NCBI GenBank assembly: GCA_043800255.1
Contig: JAZDNF010000010.1
Coordinates: 1-64,000, forward strand
Direction of reading: 5' to 3'
DNA: 64,000 nucleotides
Source: Candidatus Altiarchaeota archaeon
Lineage (GTDB): Archaea; Altiarchaeota; Altiarchaeia; IMC4; SCGC-AAA252-I15
Part shown: in pieces, positions 1 through 12,200 of the stretch
Numbering within the stretch: position 1 is the stretch's first letter
Layout: each line of letters starts with the position of its first letter
Translations under genes and position numbers: made by a program
The notes under the pieces: model-generated
Told to the model about the DNA's origin: nothing
Seen by the model: the letters and a program-made list of their open reading frames with translations, nothing else
The model's database searches: none

Positions 1-1
1 G

Positions 2-1693
2 GATCAGTGTCTAGTGGACTGTTATGCGATTATGGAGTTGAGGAATCCTACTGCGAGCAGTTTCGCGTTGGATGATAGTACGTTGGATTTGTGGTATGAG
101 AAGGCCTCCGGCGCTAAGGATCTGGTCGACCTAAGGCTTCAAATACTTGAGAACGTCTCCTACAATGTCACAGTCAGCGATTATGAGAACATCACCTACA
201 ATCTAACATGCGATGTCACCCTAGATTACGGCCTTGAGAATAAGTCGGCTTCCTGTGTTTCTGAGAGCAAACTAGTGTGGGAGCAGGATTATGAGTCCGT
301 TGACGGCAAGACGGTCTACTGGACTCAAAGAGAAAAAGTCGGCAGCCACCTTGAAGAAAGGACTAAACTGGAGTTTGTGGATTTCGACCCTGTAGACAAG
401 ATGATAGAAAATGGGAAAACATACACTCTGAAGATAGTCGGAAAAAAGAAGCCTACTCTAAGATCTAATAATGTGGATTGGAAAATCCGACTTCTCGGCC
501 AGTATGAGCCTGATTGGGCGTGGTGGAACGATTCCTGGAGCTATCTTAAGCCGATAAACATTTCCCAAACTGGGAGCTCCAGCCTCACTGATTTCCCGGC
601 ATATGTGGTTGTAGACACTCAAAGTCTGATTTCCGCCGGCAAGATGCAGTCAGACTGCGATGACATACGGTTTGTGTCCTCCGACAACACTAGCGAACTG
701 GATTGGGGGTTTGTGAACAAAGGCGACGCCACCTACGGATGCAATACATCAGATACCACGCTTGTAGTTGAAACGGATATCCCCTCTTCTGGCACTACCA
801 TCTACATGTACTACGGCAACCCGAGTGCGAGCGCAGTCGATAATCTGGCCGATGCTTTGGACTCCAATTACGAGCAGGTCATCTTTTTCAAGGAGGGGAC
901 TGGCACATCATTGACTGCGGATTCAAGCTCCAATTCGAGGAATTTTTCGTTCACGAGCATAGAATCCGACGACTGGGTCAGCGGAGAATTTGATTATGGG
1001 TTGGACATGGACGGTGACGGAGAATTCGCGCAATCCACCTATGTTGGCGACAATTCTGATTATTCCATAACAATATGCCTCGATGGTGTAGCCGACCAGT
1101 ACAACTATCTGGTAGCCAACGGAGGAGGCGGTGGTTATCTTGACCTGAAATACATGGGCAGTGGGACGGGGATAAAGATACAGTGTGATGATGGAACAAT
1201 ACAATATGTTAATAATATCAACCTGTCGGACGGTAGTTACCATTGTATCTCACAAGTTTTCGACGATACTGCTAATACCCTAAAAGGATACGGCGACGGC
1301 GTAGAAGATGTTAGTTTCTCACAATCATCCTGCACGGACGCCGGATGGGACACGAACATAGGAGTCCGCTTGGACATTAACACCGCGGAAAGCTTGGACG
1401 GCACGGTTGACAGGTTCTACTTCTCCGGGATAGTTCGTTCAGCAGACTGGGTAAAAAGAGAATACAGGCAGGACCTGTTCAATGTCGGCGCCGAGGAGAC
1501 AGAAACTGGTGGAGGAGCAGACGGTTATATCAAAGCAGATGAGGACATATGCCTACAACCTGGGGGAACAAAGGTTATTATCGGCACGTCCGATAAACCT
1601 ATTAAATTAGAGATGTACAGCCCCGATGGAACAGCACACTGCTGCTACGTTAACAATTCTGCCAGTTGGGTTTGCTCAGCAGGAACTTGTTAG
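2..1693 (+). CDS. Secreted/surface protein with DUF2341-like and LamG/concanavalin-like domains; 5' end probably upstream of the window
   Basis: Frame is open from position 2. WWNDSWSY..., DIRF, IYMYYGNP match DUF2341. GEFDYGLDMDG and GTVDRFYFSGIVRSADWV match LamG-like domains. Confidence 0.7.
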   Translation, partial: DQCLVDCYAIMELRNPTASSFALDDSTLDLWYEKASGAKDLVDLRLQILENVSYNVTVSDYENITYNLTCDVTLDYGLENKSASCVSESKLVWEQDYESVDGKTVYWTQREKVGSHLEERTKLEFVDFDPVDKMIENGKTYTLKIVGKKKPTLRSNNVDWKIRLLGQYEPDWAWWNDSWSYLKPINISQTGSSSLTDFPAYVVVDTQSLISAGKMQSDCDDIRFVSSDNTSELDWGFVNKGDATYGCNTSDTTLVVETDIPSSGTTIYMYYGNPSASAVDNLADALDSNYEQVIFFKEGTGTSLTADSSSNSRNFSFTSIESDDWVSGEFDYGLDMDGDGEFAQSTYVGDNSDYSITICLDGVADQYNYLVANGGGGGYLDLKYMGSGTGIKIQCDDGTIQYVNNINLSDGSYHCISQVFDDTANTLKGYGDGVEDVSFSQSSCTDAGWDTNIGVRLDINTAESLDGTVDRFYFSGIVRSADWVKREYRQDLFNVGAEETETGGGADGYIKADEDICLQPGGTKVIIGTSDKPIKLEMYSPDGTAHCCYVNNSASWVCSAGTC

Positions 1694-1750
1694 ATCAAGG
1701 GAGAGGTGAAGACAGCACATACAGTTGGTGTAAAGCATGGATCCTGATCT

Positions 1751-1783
1751 GGATGGGGGTCTAATCTAGTTAGACCCTTATCC
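1751..1783 (+). terminator. Intergenic stem-loop, possible terminator or RNA structure
   Basis: GGATGGGGGTCTAA-tctag-TTAGACCCTTATCC is a 14-bp stem with two G-T wobbles, downstream of the first CDS. Confidence 0.35.
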
Positions 1784-1848
1784 GGTTAACAAACCGCAGG
1801 CTGACGGGTTTTTATACGTTAAAAGTAAATTATTCTTTGTAACTAAAA

Positions 1849-1995
1849 ATGGCAAGCATTATAGCGTCGTTTGGGATGTCCCTGGTTATTGTGATGAGCA
1901 TAATCTATATTGCAGCCTGCAGCGCGTACATACTGGACTTCTGCGTGAGGCTCGTCTCCAAGGACAGGTACGGCGTAATATCGAGGATGAAGTAG
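1849..1995 (+). CDS. Small 48-aa single-TM protein (MASIIASFGMSLVIVMSIIYIAACSAYILDFCVRLVSKDRYGVISRMK); not in the ORF track
   Basis: ATG at 1849 to TAG at 1995. Hydrophobic helix followed by a basic tail. TTTATA box at ~1811. Its stop abuts the convergent gene's stop. Confidence 0.5.
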   Translation: MASIIASFGMSLVIVMSIIYIAACSAYILDFCVRLVSKDRYGVISRMK

Positions 1996-4900
1996 TCAGG
2001 CTGCGACCGGCAGGCTTATCAGGTTCCAGCCAAGGTACAGGCTCTGCTGCACGCTCCCAGTCCTGTCGTTCGAGGTTCCAGGCGTCAAAGAGGAGCTGTT
2101 GAACGACGCCCAAGTGATGTTGCCGTCCGTGACCCTGCCGAACGAGTAGCCCTGCTGGACTCCGGAGTATGTGATGTTGTCTTTCAGCGCTCCTGAGCTG
2201 TCATAGAGGAATACCGAGTCCTGGGACCCGTTCAACTGTATCCCTGTGGTGCTGTTATACAATAGCAGGTAGCCTGCCTGGGATATTACGGAAGTCATGG
2301 TATAACTGCCTTCTCCAGAGTGGTTCAGAACCCAGCCGCTTATGTTGGCTCTCGTATGCCCCCTGTTGTAGAGCTCGATCCACTGGACGCCGGAGCCTGG
2401 TAGGAGTTCGTTCAAGACGATGTCCGGAGCGCTTACACTGTACCTCAGGATATAATCTCCTGTGCTGTTGTAGCCCCACGTGTTCCCGCATCTGATGTAT
2501 AATGTCACAGTCTGGTTGTTCGACAGACTGGTGATATTCTCCGTGTGGAGCAGGGAGTTGGTTGAGTCGAAGTCGTCCGACATCGAGGTGTAGGATGTTC
2601 CAGACGTGTTCGAGAGCCTGCAGAGGGCGACATCGTCAGTGGTTATGTTGAACGAGAATGAGGTGGTGTACGGTTCCAGCACCGTGTTGTTCGCAGGTTG
2701 CGGGTTCGAGATCACGGGCGCAGATGTGTCTGCTGTTATGGCGTAGATGTCGAATGATTTCACAGTATTGGAGGATGTGTCCGTCACATACACTCTCCCG
2801 TTCTTGTCGACTGCGAGGCCCTCAGGCACCAGCATGCGGCTGCTGTCGTTGAATGTGAAGTTGAAGCTCCCATCCGGATTGAATATCTGGACTCTCCTGT
2901 TGTCTCTGTCTGCGATGTAGATGAGGTCGTTCAGGCCGACAGAGATCTGGTGGGGGTCGTCCAACAATCCCTCGCCGCTGCCGTTCGAGCCGAAGCTGAA
3001 GTTGAAGCTCCCGTTCGGGTGGAACACCTGTATCCTGTGGTTGAACCTGTCTGAGACGTATATTTTGCCGTCTCTGCCGGATGCCACGTCCATCAGAGTG
3101 TTCAGCTGCCCCTCCCCCGAGCCCAGCTCCCCTATGGTGAGGTACGGCACCCAGTTGCTGTAGTAGACTTTCACATTGTTGGCTCCTGTATTCGCCACAT
3201 ACACTTTCCCGTAGTCGTCTACTGCGACGCCCTGGGGGGCGCTCAACGATGATATGGCACCATCATAGTATGTCCCGCCAGAGTACACGTCTATCTCGTT
3301 GTTTATGGTGTCAGCTATGAACACCCTGCTGTTGGAGTCGACGAACACGTCGGATGGCCTGTCAAGGTAGGTTGAGTTTCCAATCGTCTGATAGAGGCTG
3401 CCGTTGTCAGGGTAGTAGACCTCTACTGTGTCGTTGTCCCTGTCTGCAACGTAAAAGAACAGGGAGGAGTCCACTGCCACTCCCTCCGGGCTCGAGAAGC
3501 CTGACACGGAGAGGTTGTAGGCTATCGGGCTGACGGTGACCGTCTTGTTGACTCCGTTGTTGTACTCGTTTATCTCCGTGACGGCGTTGTTGGCGTCGAC
3601 GTTCACGCTTATCCTGTCATATCCCAGGCGGGCAGTCCAGTTTGTAGAGACCCTATGGGTCGACTCTGCCAGTATGCTTATGTTGAACTCCCCCAGCAGG
3701 TTCTGGGTCGCGTTGTTGCCTGCGTAAACCCTTACCGTGAAATTGCCTGCGTCGGAGAAGCCCACATTCCTCACAGTCACGTTAATGTCGACATTATCCA
3801 ATTCTGTCATGGTGTCGGCGCTGAGGTTGATGTCAGACTTTAGCGTGTAAATCTCCGGGATGTACTGTATTGAGAACCCGAATATCTGTATCCTGTTGTT
3901 GCCTGTGTCTGCCACGTATATTCTGCCGAGGGGGTCGACTGCTACAGCCTTCGGTGACGAGAAGTTCCCTGTGTTGTTCCCAGCCCCGCCGAAGCTCGTG
4001 TAGAATGAGCCGTTGGGGTTGAATATCTGTATCCTGTTGTTGCCTGTGTCTGCCACGTATATTCTGCCGAAGGTGTCGACTGCTATGCCCTCTGGCACGG
4101 AAAGCTGGCCGTCCCCGTTCCCAGGGGAGCCGAACTCGAAATCGTAGGTGCCGTTGGGTTGGAAGACCTGCACCCTCCCGTTGTCCATGTCTGCGACATA
4201 GATTTTGTCGAAGTTGTCGACGTCAACAGCCCTCGGATCGTCGAATTTGCCCTCCTCGGATGTCGTGGTATAGCCTCCGAACCTGCTCTTGAAGGTCAAG
4301 TTGGGGTAGAATATCTGGACTCTGCTGCTCGTCGTAGAGTCTGACACTATTATTTCGCCCGCCGAGTTGACGGCGGCGTCTGCTGTAAGCGTGAACTCCC
4401 CGTCTTGGGTTCCGTACTCGCCTATCTGGCCTGCGAAGGCTATGAAGTCCGAGTTGGGGTAGTATGGGTTGTAAATTTTTATCCTGTCGTTCTGCGTGTC
4501 TGCTGCATATACTGTCCTGTCAGGGCCGACTGTGATGCCCTGCGGGCTGTCGAAAACATCCCAGCCGCTGAAGCATCCGCAGTCGTTCAGGAGGATGCCG
4601 CCGAACCTGCCGAACGAGTGGACGTGTGTCCCGTCTATTGTGAAAATCTGTATCCTGTGGTTGCTGGTGTCGGCAACGTATACGTACTCTAATGTCGGGT
4701 CCAGTGCTATCCCCTCCGGGCTGTCGAACCTGCCGTTTGCAGTTCCCGCCGCGCCGAAGCCCACTACCGTTGCCCCTGTGATGTTCGAGCCGTAGGTTGA
4801 GTAATTGTATGCTGGCTTTGTGCCGTAGTCAGAGTCCTGGGCGGTGGGCACGAATACTACCGTATCATAGCCCTGGCCGAAGTCGTAGTAGGTTGACGTG

Positions 4901-6249
4901 CCGAACCTGCTCGGGTTCAGCGTGAAATTTTCCACTATAGTCTGCGAAGAGTTGCTCATGTTCGTCCTTATCACATACGCCCTGAATGTGTGGCTGTTAC
5001 CCCAGAATGACAGGTTCAGGGTGTTGTTCTCAGAGGTTATGAGGAACTTTATGTAGTCCGCAGCCCAGTTGCTCACGTTCGCAGAGGCATTGTTTGTTGG
5101 CATCGGCGAGTGTATCCTGCTGTGGACTTTGCTCGGCTGCACCCTCAGGTTGATGCTGTCGTAGCCGTATCGGCCTGAATAGATTGTTGTGTCGTCGACG
5201 TAGTTGGCTATTGTCCAGTCGTTGAATGCGTCCAAGAAGTTCTGAGAGTAGCCTCTGGAGGAAAGTGTGTTGTTTATCCCAGCTATGCCGTTGCTGCTGT
5301 CGTTGACGAGGGCGGCTGCGGTGACGTTGCCGCCGTACTTCTCAAGGAGATAAAGAATGAACAGGTAAGAGCTCCCGTAGTCTGCTGAGGTCTGCCCCCA
5401 CTGGGTGAGGTCGTCGTCCGGCCTGCTGAGGAAGGAGCTGACGTGGTCCATCATGTGGCCGTAGCCGTTCGCGTACTCCGAGTAGTCTGATAGGCCCTCA
5501 TTCACCCACGTATCCTCGTCTTGGTCGTGGTACCAGTGTATCATGTGCTGGAACTCGTGGGCTACGGTCCCGAAGCTCTCGTTCGCGCCTTCAGGATAGT
5601 AGGAGTCGTTGTGGTTTGCGGATGGAGTGTATGTTGTGGTGCTGCCCCTCTCAATTGACGGGTAGGTGTCGATGTAAATCATCTTCCTCTGGTTGCTGTA
5701 GGGATCCTGTGCGGTGGTCCTCTCGTTTCCAGGGTAGAAATAGCCGAGGACCCATCCGTTAAGCCAGTTCCCGTAGAGGAAGCTGGAGTCTATGTCATAG
5801 AGGAGGATTGTGACGTGGGCGTCGTTGTCAACCCCGGTTGGACGCTCCTCCCCGAACACGCTCCTGGTGACAGGGTAGATGCTGCTGTTGAACTCGTTGG
5901 CTATGGTGTTGACGTCATCCTGCGTTATGTACCCGTCCCAGTAGACTCCGTCGTTCCAGACGTCATAACCTCCGGGGTCCTCATACTGGACGTACACGTA
6001 GGCGTTGCCACTTGCAGCCCTCAGTGTTGCTGTCACCTGCGTGGGCCATCCGTTGTCTACAACCCAGAATGTCCTGTTGTCTCCTAATGAGTCCTGCACG
6101 CTCCTGGAGGCTGGCAGATGCTCCGGGGGATAATTTGAGAGTTCCACCGAAAGATTATGGAACTGCGGCGTCCCGCAGACTCCTCCTCCAGCGGCTGCCG
6201 AACTGGCGAGGAGGAGCAGGCACAGCAGGAGGGCGGCTCGTTTCATCAT
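1996..6249 (-). CDS. Secreted zinc metallopeptidase (M30/M6-like) with NHL propellers, CARDB/Ig-like domain, lamin-tail domain and C-terminal GWNLIS motif
   Basis: Signal peptide; VAHEFQHMIH...WVNEGLSDYSE; many IYVADTGNNRIQIF NHL repeats; VLNELL...WIELYNRG (LTD); ends LYLGWNLISLPVAA. Confidence 0.85.
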   Translation of the reverse strand: MMKRAALLLCLLLLASSAAAGGGVCGTPQFHNLSVELSNYPPEHLPASRSVQDSLGDNRTFWVVDNGWPTQVTATLRAASGNAYVYVQYEDPGGYDVWNDGVYWDGYITQDDVNTIANEFNSSIYPVTRSVFGEERPTGVDNDAHVTILLYDIDSSFLYGNWLNGWVLGYFYPGNERTTAQDPYSNQRKMIYIDTYPSIERGSTTTYTPSANHNDSYYPEGANESFGTVAHEFQHMIHWYHDQDEDTWVNEGLSDYSEYANGYGHMMDHVSSFLSRPDDDLTQWGQTSADYGSSYLFILYLLEKYGGNVTAAALVNDSSNGIAGINNTLSSRGYSQNFLDAFNDWTIANYVDDTTIYSGRYGYDSINLRVQPSKVHSRIHSPMPTNNASANVSNWAADYIKFLITSENNTLNLSFWGNSHTFRAYVIRTNMSNSSQTIVENFTLNPSRFGTSTYYDFGQGYDTVVFVPTAQDSDYGTKPAYNYSTYGSNITGATVVGFGAAGTANGRFDSPEGIALDPTLEYVYVADTSNHRIQIFTIDGTHVHSFGRFGGILLNDCGCFSGWDVFDSPQGITVGPDRTVYAADTQNDRIKIYNPYYPNSDFIAFAGQIGEYGTQDGEFTLTADAAVNSAGEIIVSDSTTSSRVQIFYPNLTFKSRFGGYTTTSEEGKFDDPRAVDVDNFDKIYVADMDNGRVQVFQPNGTYDFEFGSPGNGDGQLSVPEGIAVDTFGRIYVADTGNNRIQIFNPNGSFYTSFGGAGNNTGNFSSPKAVAVDPLGRIYVADTGNNRIQIFGFSIQYIPEIYTLKSDINLSADTMTELDNVDINVTVRNVGFSDAGNFTVRVYAGNNATQNLLGEFNISILAESTHRVSTNWTARLGYDRISVNVDANNAVTEINEYNNGVNKTVTVSPIAYNLSVSGFSSPEGVAVDSSLFFYVADRDNDTVEVYYPDNGSLYQTIGNSTYLDRPSDVFVDSNSRVFIADTINNEIDVYSGGTYYDGAISSLSAPQGVAVDDYGKVYVANTGANNVKVYYSNWVPYLTIGELGSGEGQLNTLMDVASGRDGKIYVSDRFNHRIQVFHPNGSFNFSFGSNGSGEGLLDDPHQISVGLNDLIYIADRDNRRVQIFNPDGSFNFTFNDSSRMLVPEGLAVDKNGRVYVTDTSSNTVKSFDIYAITADTSAPVISNPQPANNTVLEPYTTSFSFNITTDDVALCRLSNTSGTSYTSMSDDFDSTNSLLHTENITSLSNNQTVTLYIRCGNTWGYNSTGDYILRYSVSAPDIVLNELLPGSGVQWIELYNRGHTRANISGWVLNHSGEGSYTMTSVISQAGYLLLYNSTTGIQLNGSQDSVFLYDSSGALKDNITYSGVQQGYSFGRVTDGNITWASFNSSSLTPGTSNDRTGSVQQSLYLGWNLISLPVAA

Positions 6250-6250
6250 C

Positions 6251-9200
6251 TTATATCTCTACAGGGATTGATAACAGGTTCCAGTCTAGGACTAGTGAGA
6301 CGGTGAACGTGACAGCCCCCTCGTTGGACGCTCCGATGCTTGAGTTTCCGAAGAAGGTCCAGTTGTTGACCCCGTCAACTGCCCTGCCGATGCTGTAGTT
6401 GGCTGGGATCTCAGCCCAGGTCATGTTGAAGCTGCCGGCATAGTATGACATGTTGTCAACTACCGTGTCGCTCGAGTTGATCAGGTACAGGTTGCCCTGC
6501 GTCAGGTTGAACTGTATCCCGGTGGCGTTGCCGTAGAGGACAAGGTATCCCCTGTAGTCTGCGGAGCCGTTGAAAGTGTAATTATAACTTGAGAAGCTGT
6601 CGTTGTAGTGCAGCTTCCAGTCTGTCATCCTGACCGAGGTCTGCCCCCTGTTGTAGAATTCGATCCAGGAGGGCCCTGTATCCGGGTCCGGGAGGAACTC
6701 GTTCAAAACGATGTCAGGCGCGTCGATGCTGTAGGTTATCGTGTAATCCTGGGTGCTGTTGTATCCCCATGGGTTGCCGCATCTTACATAGTAGGTGAAT
6801 GTCCTGTTGTTGGACAGGCCTGTCAGGGTCTCAGAGTGGTTATGGTAATAACTCCAGTCGAAGTTGTTGGACATGCTCCCGTATGCCGTGTCTGAGGTGT
6901 TCGATATCCTGCAGAGCGACGGATAGTCTGTTGTCAGGTTTACCATCACCGTTGAGGTGTACGGCGCGAGGACGCTGCCGTTCGACGGCCTCAGGTTGCC
7001 GATTGACGATTCCACGTACCTTCTGACAGGCCACACGTTGTAGGCCTGCACCCTGCTGTTGTTGGTGTCTGCCACGTAGGCCATGCCGTTGTAGTCTACT
7101 GCTATGCCTTCCGGCCTGTTCAGTGTTCCGTTGCCTGTGAAGCTGAAGTTGAAGCTCCCGTCGGAGTTGAATATCTGTATCCTGTTGTTGTTGGTGTCTG
7201 CCACATAGATGAGGCCGTTATAGTCTATGTCGACTGAGTGGGGGTTGTCCAGCTGCCCTGAGGCGTTTCCTGCCGTGCCGTTGCCAATCTGCATGATGAA
7301 GCTGCCGGAGGCGTTGAAGACTTGTATCCTGTGGTTGAGCCTGTCTGCAACGTACACTATCCTGTTGGAATCTACTGCGACGTCCATTGGAGTGTTCAGC
7401 TGTCCTTGCCCGGTCCCGAGCGAACCAAAGATTGTGTACCTGGTCCAGTTCGGGTAGTATATGCTGACTGTGTTGTTGTTTGTGTCTGCCACATAGACTT
7501 GCCCTTCGGAGTCTACTTCGACGCCCTGCGGCTTGTTGAAGCCTGTTATCTTCCCGTAGAAGGTGCCGTTAGCGTGCATCACAGTTACCGTGTCGTTGAA
7601 CGTGTCCGCAACGTATACCTTTTGGGAGCCGTCCACCGCAACGTCGGATGGATTGTAAAGCACAGTCTGGGTTCTCAGGGTCGCGTTTCTGGTCTGCCCG
7701 GAGTACACCATTATGGTATCATTGCTCTTGTCTGCAATGTAGAGGAGGCCGTTCGGGTGTATGAACACTCCCTGCGGGTCTGAGAAGCCTGTTATGGTGT
7801 AGTTCGCCATCAGCGGGTTGACGAGCGTGAACGGCACGGTCCTGTCGTAGAACATGCTGAAAAACTGTATCCTGTTGTTGTTCTTGTCTGCAACGTATAT
7901 GATGTTGAGGTTGGCGTCAACCCCGGACGGCTCGTTGAATCTGCCCCACTCTGTTGTTGAGTAGCTGCCGAAGCTTTGGTAGAACGACCCGTTCGGGTGG
8001 AATATCACTATCCTGTGGTTGTCTGTGTCTGCGACGTGTATCATCCCCGTCGTGTCTATTGCGATATCAAGCGGCTGGGTCATGTTATAGCTTATGCTGA
8101 AGTTGACTGTGCCGTTCTCCATGAACACGGTCACATTGTCGTTGGAGTCTGTCACATAAACCTGGCCGTTGTACACGTCAATGCCATCAGGGTCTAACAG
8201 CAGGGAGTCCCCTATTGTCCTGTTGTAGTCTCCGGTCGAGTTGTAGACCGTTATCCTGTTGTTGTCAGTGTCAGCCACGTAGACGAAATTATTCTCATCG
8301 ACCGCGACATCTCCGGGATTGTTCAAGCCGGTCATTTTCGACTTGAATGTCCTGTTCGGGTAGAACATCTGGATCCTGTCGTTAACGGAGTCTGCCACCG
8401 TTATGTAGCCCATGTCGCTGATGGTGACTCCTCTCGGGTAGTAGAGCGTCCCGTTTTCTGTGTCATCGCCGAACGATCCGATGACTGAGTCGTAGGCTCC
8501 TGCCATGGTGAAACGCTGTATCCTGTGGTTGTCTGTGTCTGCGACGTGTATCCTCGGCAGGAGCACGCTGACCATGTCAAAGTACGCCGTCCCCTGTCCT
8601 GTGTCGTTTTCCATCTCCCCTATTGCAATGGAGTTCGGCGCGGCTGAGCTGAATTGGGCGTAGGTGCCGATGTAAGTCCAGTTGACGTACAGCCTGAAGT
8701 CAGTCTCGTTTATCATGCTCACCTTGATGTTGTACCATCCGTTTGCCGTTAGGTTGACGACGTCGTAAGTCCAGCCACCGTTACCCTTCACGTCCAATCC
8801 GGTGTTGTTGTCCAGCAGCATTATCTCTATCTCGGTGGTGTTCGTCTGATTGGATTGGAGGATGTAAAGGCCTCCGGCGCCTCCTATGCTCGACTGGGAC
8901 GGCACCATCAGCCAGTAGTCTATGATGTACGGGTAATCAAAGGTCAGGTTCCTTATGGCGTAGGCGTAGTCAGTGGGGAGCGAAGTCCTCGTGTATAATG
9001 CGTAAGTGCCTGATACCGTTGCCGTGGTTGCGGTGTCTATGACCCCTGAGCCCCTCCTCACGGTAGTCCAGTTCGTGACATTTGTGGCCTCGAAGTCGTC
9101 TGTGAAGAGTATCCCGGTCGCTCCAACAGAGATGTCAGCCGGGTAGCAGAACTTGCTCGATGCTGGATTCTCAGAGCACTCGACGCTCCCCCACACCCTG

Positions 9201-12200
9201 ACCGGGACCGTCGTGTCAACGTTCACCGTATAGTTTGCCGACGCGAAGGCGGAGTTGTTTACGGTGTCCCAGCATCTTATGTTCCACCTGTACTGGAATG
9301 TGTCCAATGCCACCCTGAACGAGTTCAGGGAGTTGTTGACTGCGAACAGGTCAGTCCTGTTCTCAGACCAGTCCGAGATGTTCAGGTAGAGGGAGCATCT
9401 CTGGAGGTTCACGTTGTCATAGGCTGTGTAGTTGAAGTACACGATGCTGCCGTTGTTTGTTGAGCCGTTGGACGGCGAGACCAGGGTTACAACGGGCGGG
9501 TTCACGTCCACAAAATAGTAGAGCATGTAGCTCTGGGTGTTGTTGTTGCCTAATAAGTCCCTGCACCTTATGTATACGTTGTTAGAGTTGTTCGCTAATG
9601 TAAAAGTCATCGTATGGTTTCTGCCGTAGGTGTTGTTGAATGCGATCATGTTGTCGAAGGTCGTGTTCGTGCTTGAGCGCCTGCACTCGGCCCACTCGTC
9701 TGAGGTCACGTTCACCCAGGTGTAGTTTGAGAGCGGCGCGAAGATTGTGCCGTTGGAAGGCCACGCTGACGTGATGTTGGGGGGGTTCCTCTCGCAGCCA
9801 GGCTCTATGCAGAACAGGTAGTATTCGCCGCTGTTGGTCTCATTCCTGCAATTGCCTGAGAAGTCGCAGGCCGTTATCCAGTACTCGTAGGTGTTGATGT
9901 CATGGGTTCCAGTGTTTATGTCATGCGCTCTCTTGAAAAGGGCTGTCCCTGTTTCGATCCAGATTGTGGAAGTGTTGTAGACCCTGTAGAACACAGTCGC
10001 GTTCACGAACTCATCGGCGTTGAAGTGGACTGTGACGTTCTGCGACGCCGACGGCATGTACGGTGTGAAGCTGATGTTGTATACTGTGGGGGTTGTGTTG
10101 TCCGGTATGCCGTAATAGTAGAATGCGGACCTGTTGGTGTTGCCTGTGGTGTCTGTCGCAATCACCTCGTATATCATGTAAGTCCTGTTGTACAGCGGGT
10201 TCAGGCTCAGACTCCAGTAGTCTGTTATGCTGTTCGACCTTGTGAATGTCGCAATCGTCCAGTTGGAGTCGTCCGTGAAGTTCAGGGTGTAATTGAGGGT
10301 TACGTTGTAGACTGAGAGGCATCTGCCTCCCAGGCACCTGTTGTCTGTCACGTTCGCGAGCACGTTAACCGTCACATTGTTTGCGAACGGCTGGGGCGTG
10401 ACGTTCACCCAGTTTATGGTTGGCGGCGTAGTGTCTGTCTCGCTCACCCACTCTATCGCGTTCAAAGTCCAGTTACTGCTCAGGCTTGTCGCGTACACCG
10501 GGTTTATGCCGAAGAGCGTCATGTTTCCGATGCCGCTCTGGTGGGCTGCCAGCAGCACTTCCGGGCAGGTTCCTGCGCAGCTGGTGTGCGTCGCAAGCGT
10601 CGTGAACAGCGAGGCGTTTATGTCAGCGATTCCGTACGATCCTACGAAGCTGGTGGTGAGCTGCCATGTTGTCGAGGCCGTCAGGTTGCCCACGATGTAA
10701 TGTGAATTTGATATGGTGCCGTTCATGTTTCCGGTGTATTCGTCGCTCAGAAGGTCTACGCCGCCTATGGAGGAGACGTCCAACGCGATTGCGGAGTCGT
10801 TTACGGACTCCCCAAGGAATATTATGCCGTTGCTGAGGTTGTGCCAGTAGTTGACGACTCCTGTTATCAGGTCTTTTCTGGTCACCACGTACCTTGATGT
10901 GCCCCAGAGTTCGCTGGCCATCACGTCCGAAACGTCCAATGTTGAGTACCTTGCCGGGCCCCATCTGCCGTTGATCCATCCCTGGACCGTCGTTTCCGCT
11001 GTCGAGAGGCTGCTCTCGTCGTAGACTACGAGCACGACGTCCTTGGTCTTCTTTCCTGTGACGTTCAGGTTGTCCAGCAGCCACATTATCGACCTGTCAA
11101 ACAGTATGAGGCCGTGGTGTGTGTTGGGTACGAAGCCCATCAGGACGAGCTTTCCGCTGTAGGTCAAATTATTCGAGATGAGAGTGTACCTGTTGGCAGC
11201 GCCGCCGACTTCATTGGGGTCTGCCTCCAGCAGGCCGACGTAGTTGGGTGGCATCGAAGCCCACGTGAAACCTACGGTGCTGCCTGCTCCACAGGAGCTG
11301 CAGACCTGGACTTTAGCCCTGTTCGGGTAGCCGAATGTGGGGTAACTGTGGTTGGAATTGTTGGTTGCTATGACTCCTGTGCCGCCCCACTGCGAGGGTG
11401 TTGAGGCCTCCAGCAGGGTTCCACCCCCGCCATAGGTCGACACGAAAGTGTAGGTTCCGACCCTCGGGAGGAACAGCCCCACTCCACTGTCAAGGAGTCT
11501 TGTCTTATAGTAGCTCCCAGTGTAACCTGGCACAGGAACGACGGCTGCTGATGTGTTAGCGAAGTTGGAGACGTTCACTATCGAAATCTCAACCCTAGTG
11601 TACGTGTAACCTGAGCTGTTCCTTATCCCGTCGAGCCTGCTGCTGTACGTGGCCTCCTCCGAGCTCAGGCTGCCGTTGTTGTAGACTATGAGGGCGACAT
11701 CCCCTGCCGTTACGCCGGTCACGTTAAGGGTTCCGAGAAGCCATTCCACCGTCCTGTCAAACAGCTTCCAATCGTGATACAATGCGCCGTAGGGGCTGAA
11801 GCCGTATGCCGCGGTCCTGAAGCTCTGGTTGCTGTTGTTGTAGTATGACAGGAGACTGTTGCTTATGGTCGTTACCAGGTCTATCCCTCCAATCTGGTCG
11901 TACTGGTATGCATTCTGAAGCACTGTCGTGAACGGTCCTGATCCGTAGTTGAATGCGCAATGGCTTTCGGACGGTATCACCGCCCCCTCCACATACCCGT
12001 TGGTCATCTCATTCCAGTCTGCTGAGGTTATCCGCACGTACTTGTTGCTGGTCGTGTAGAATGCGTTATGCGTTCCCCCATAGTAACCCTGCGTCTCGTT
12101 CAATCCCTCGTAGGCGAAGAGTATCCTGCTGCTGGCGTTCCACTGGGGTATGAGGGAAGAAACTTTTCCGTAGTCGTGTACCACTACCAGCTGGGTCTGA

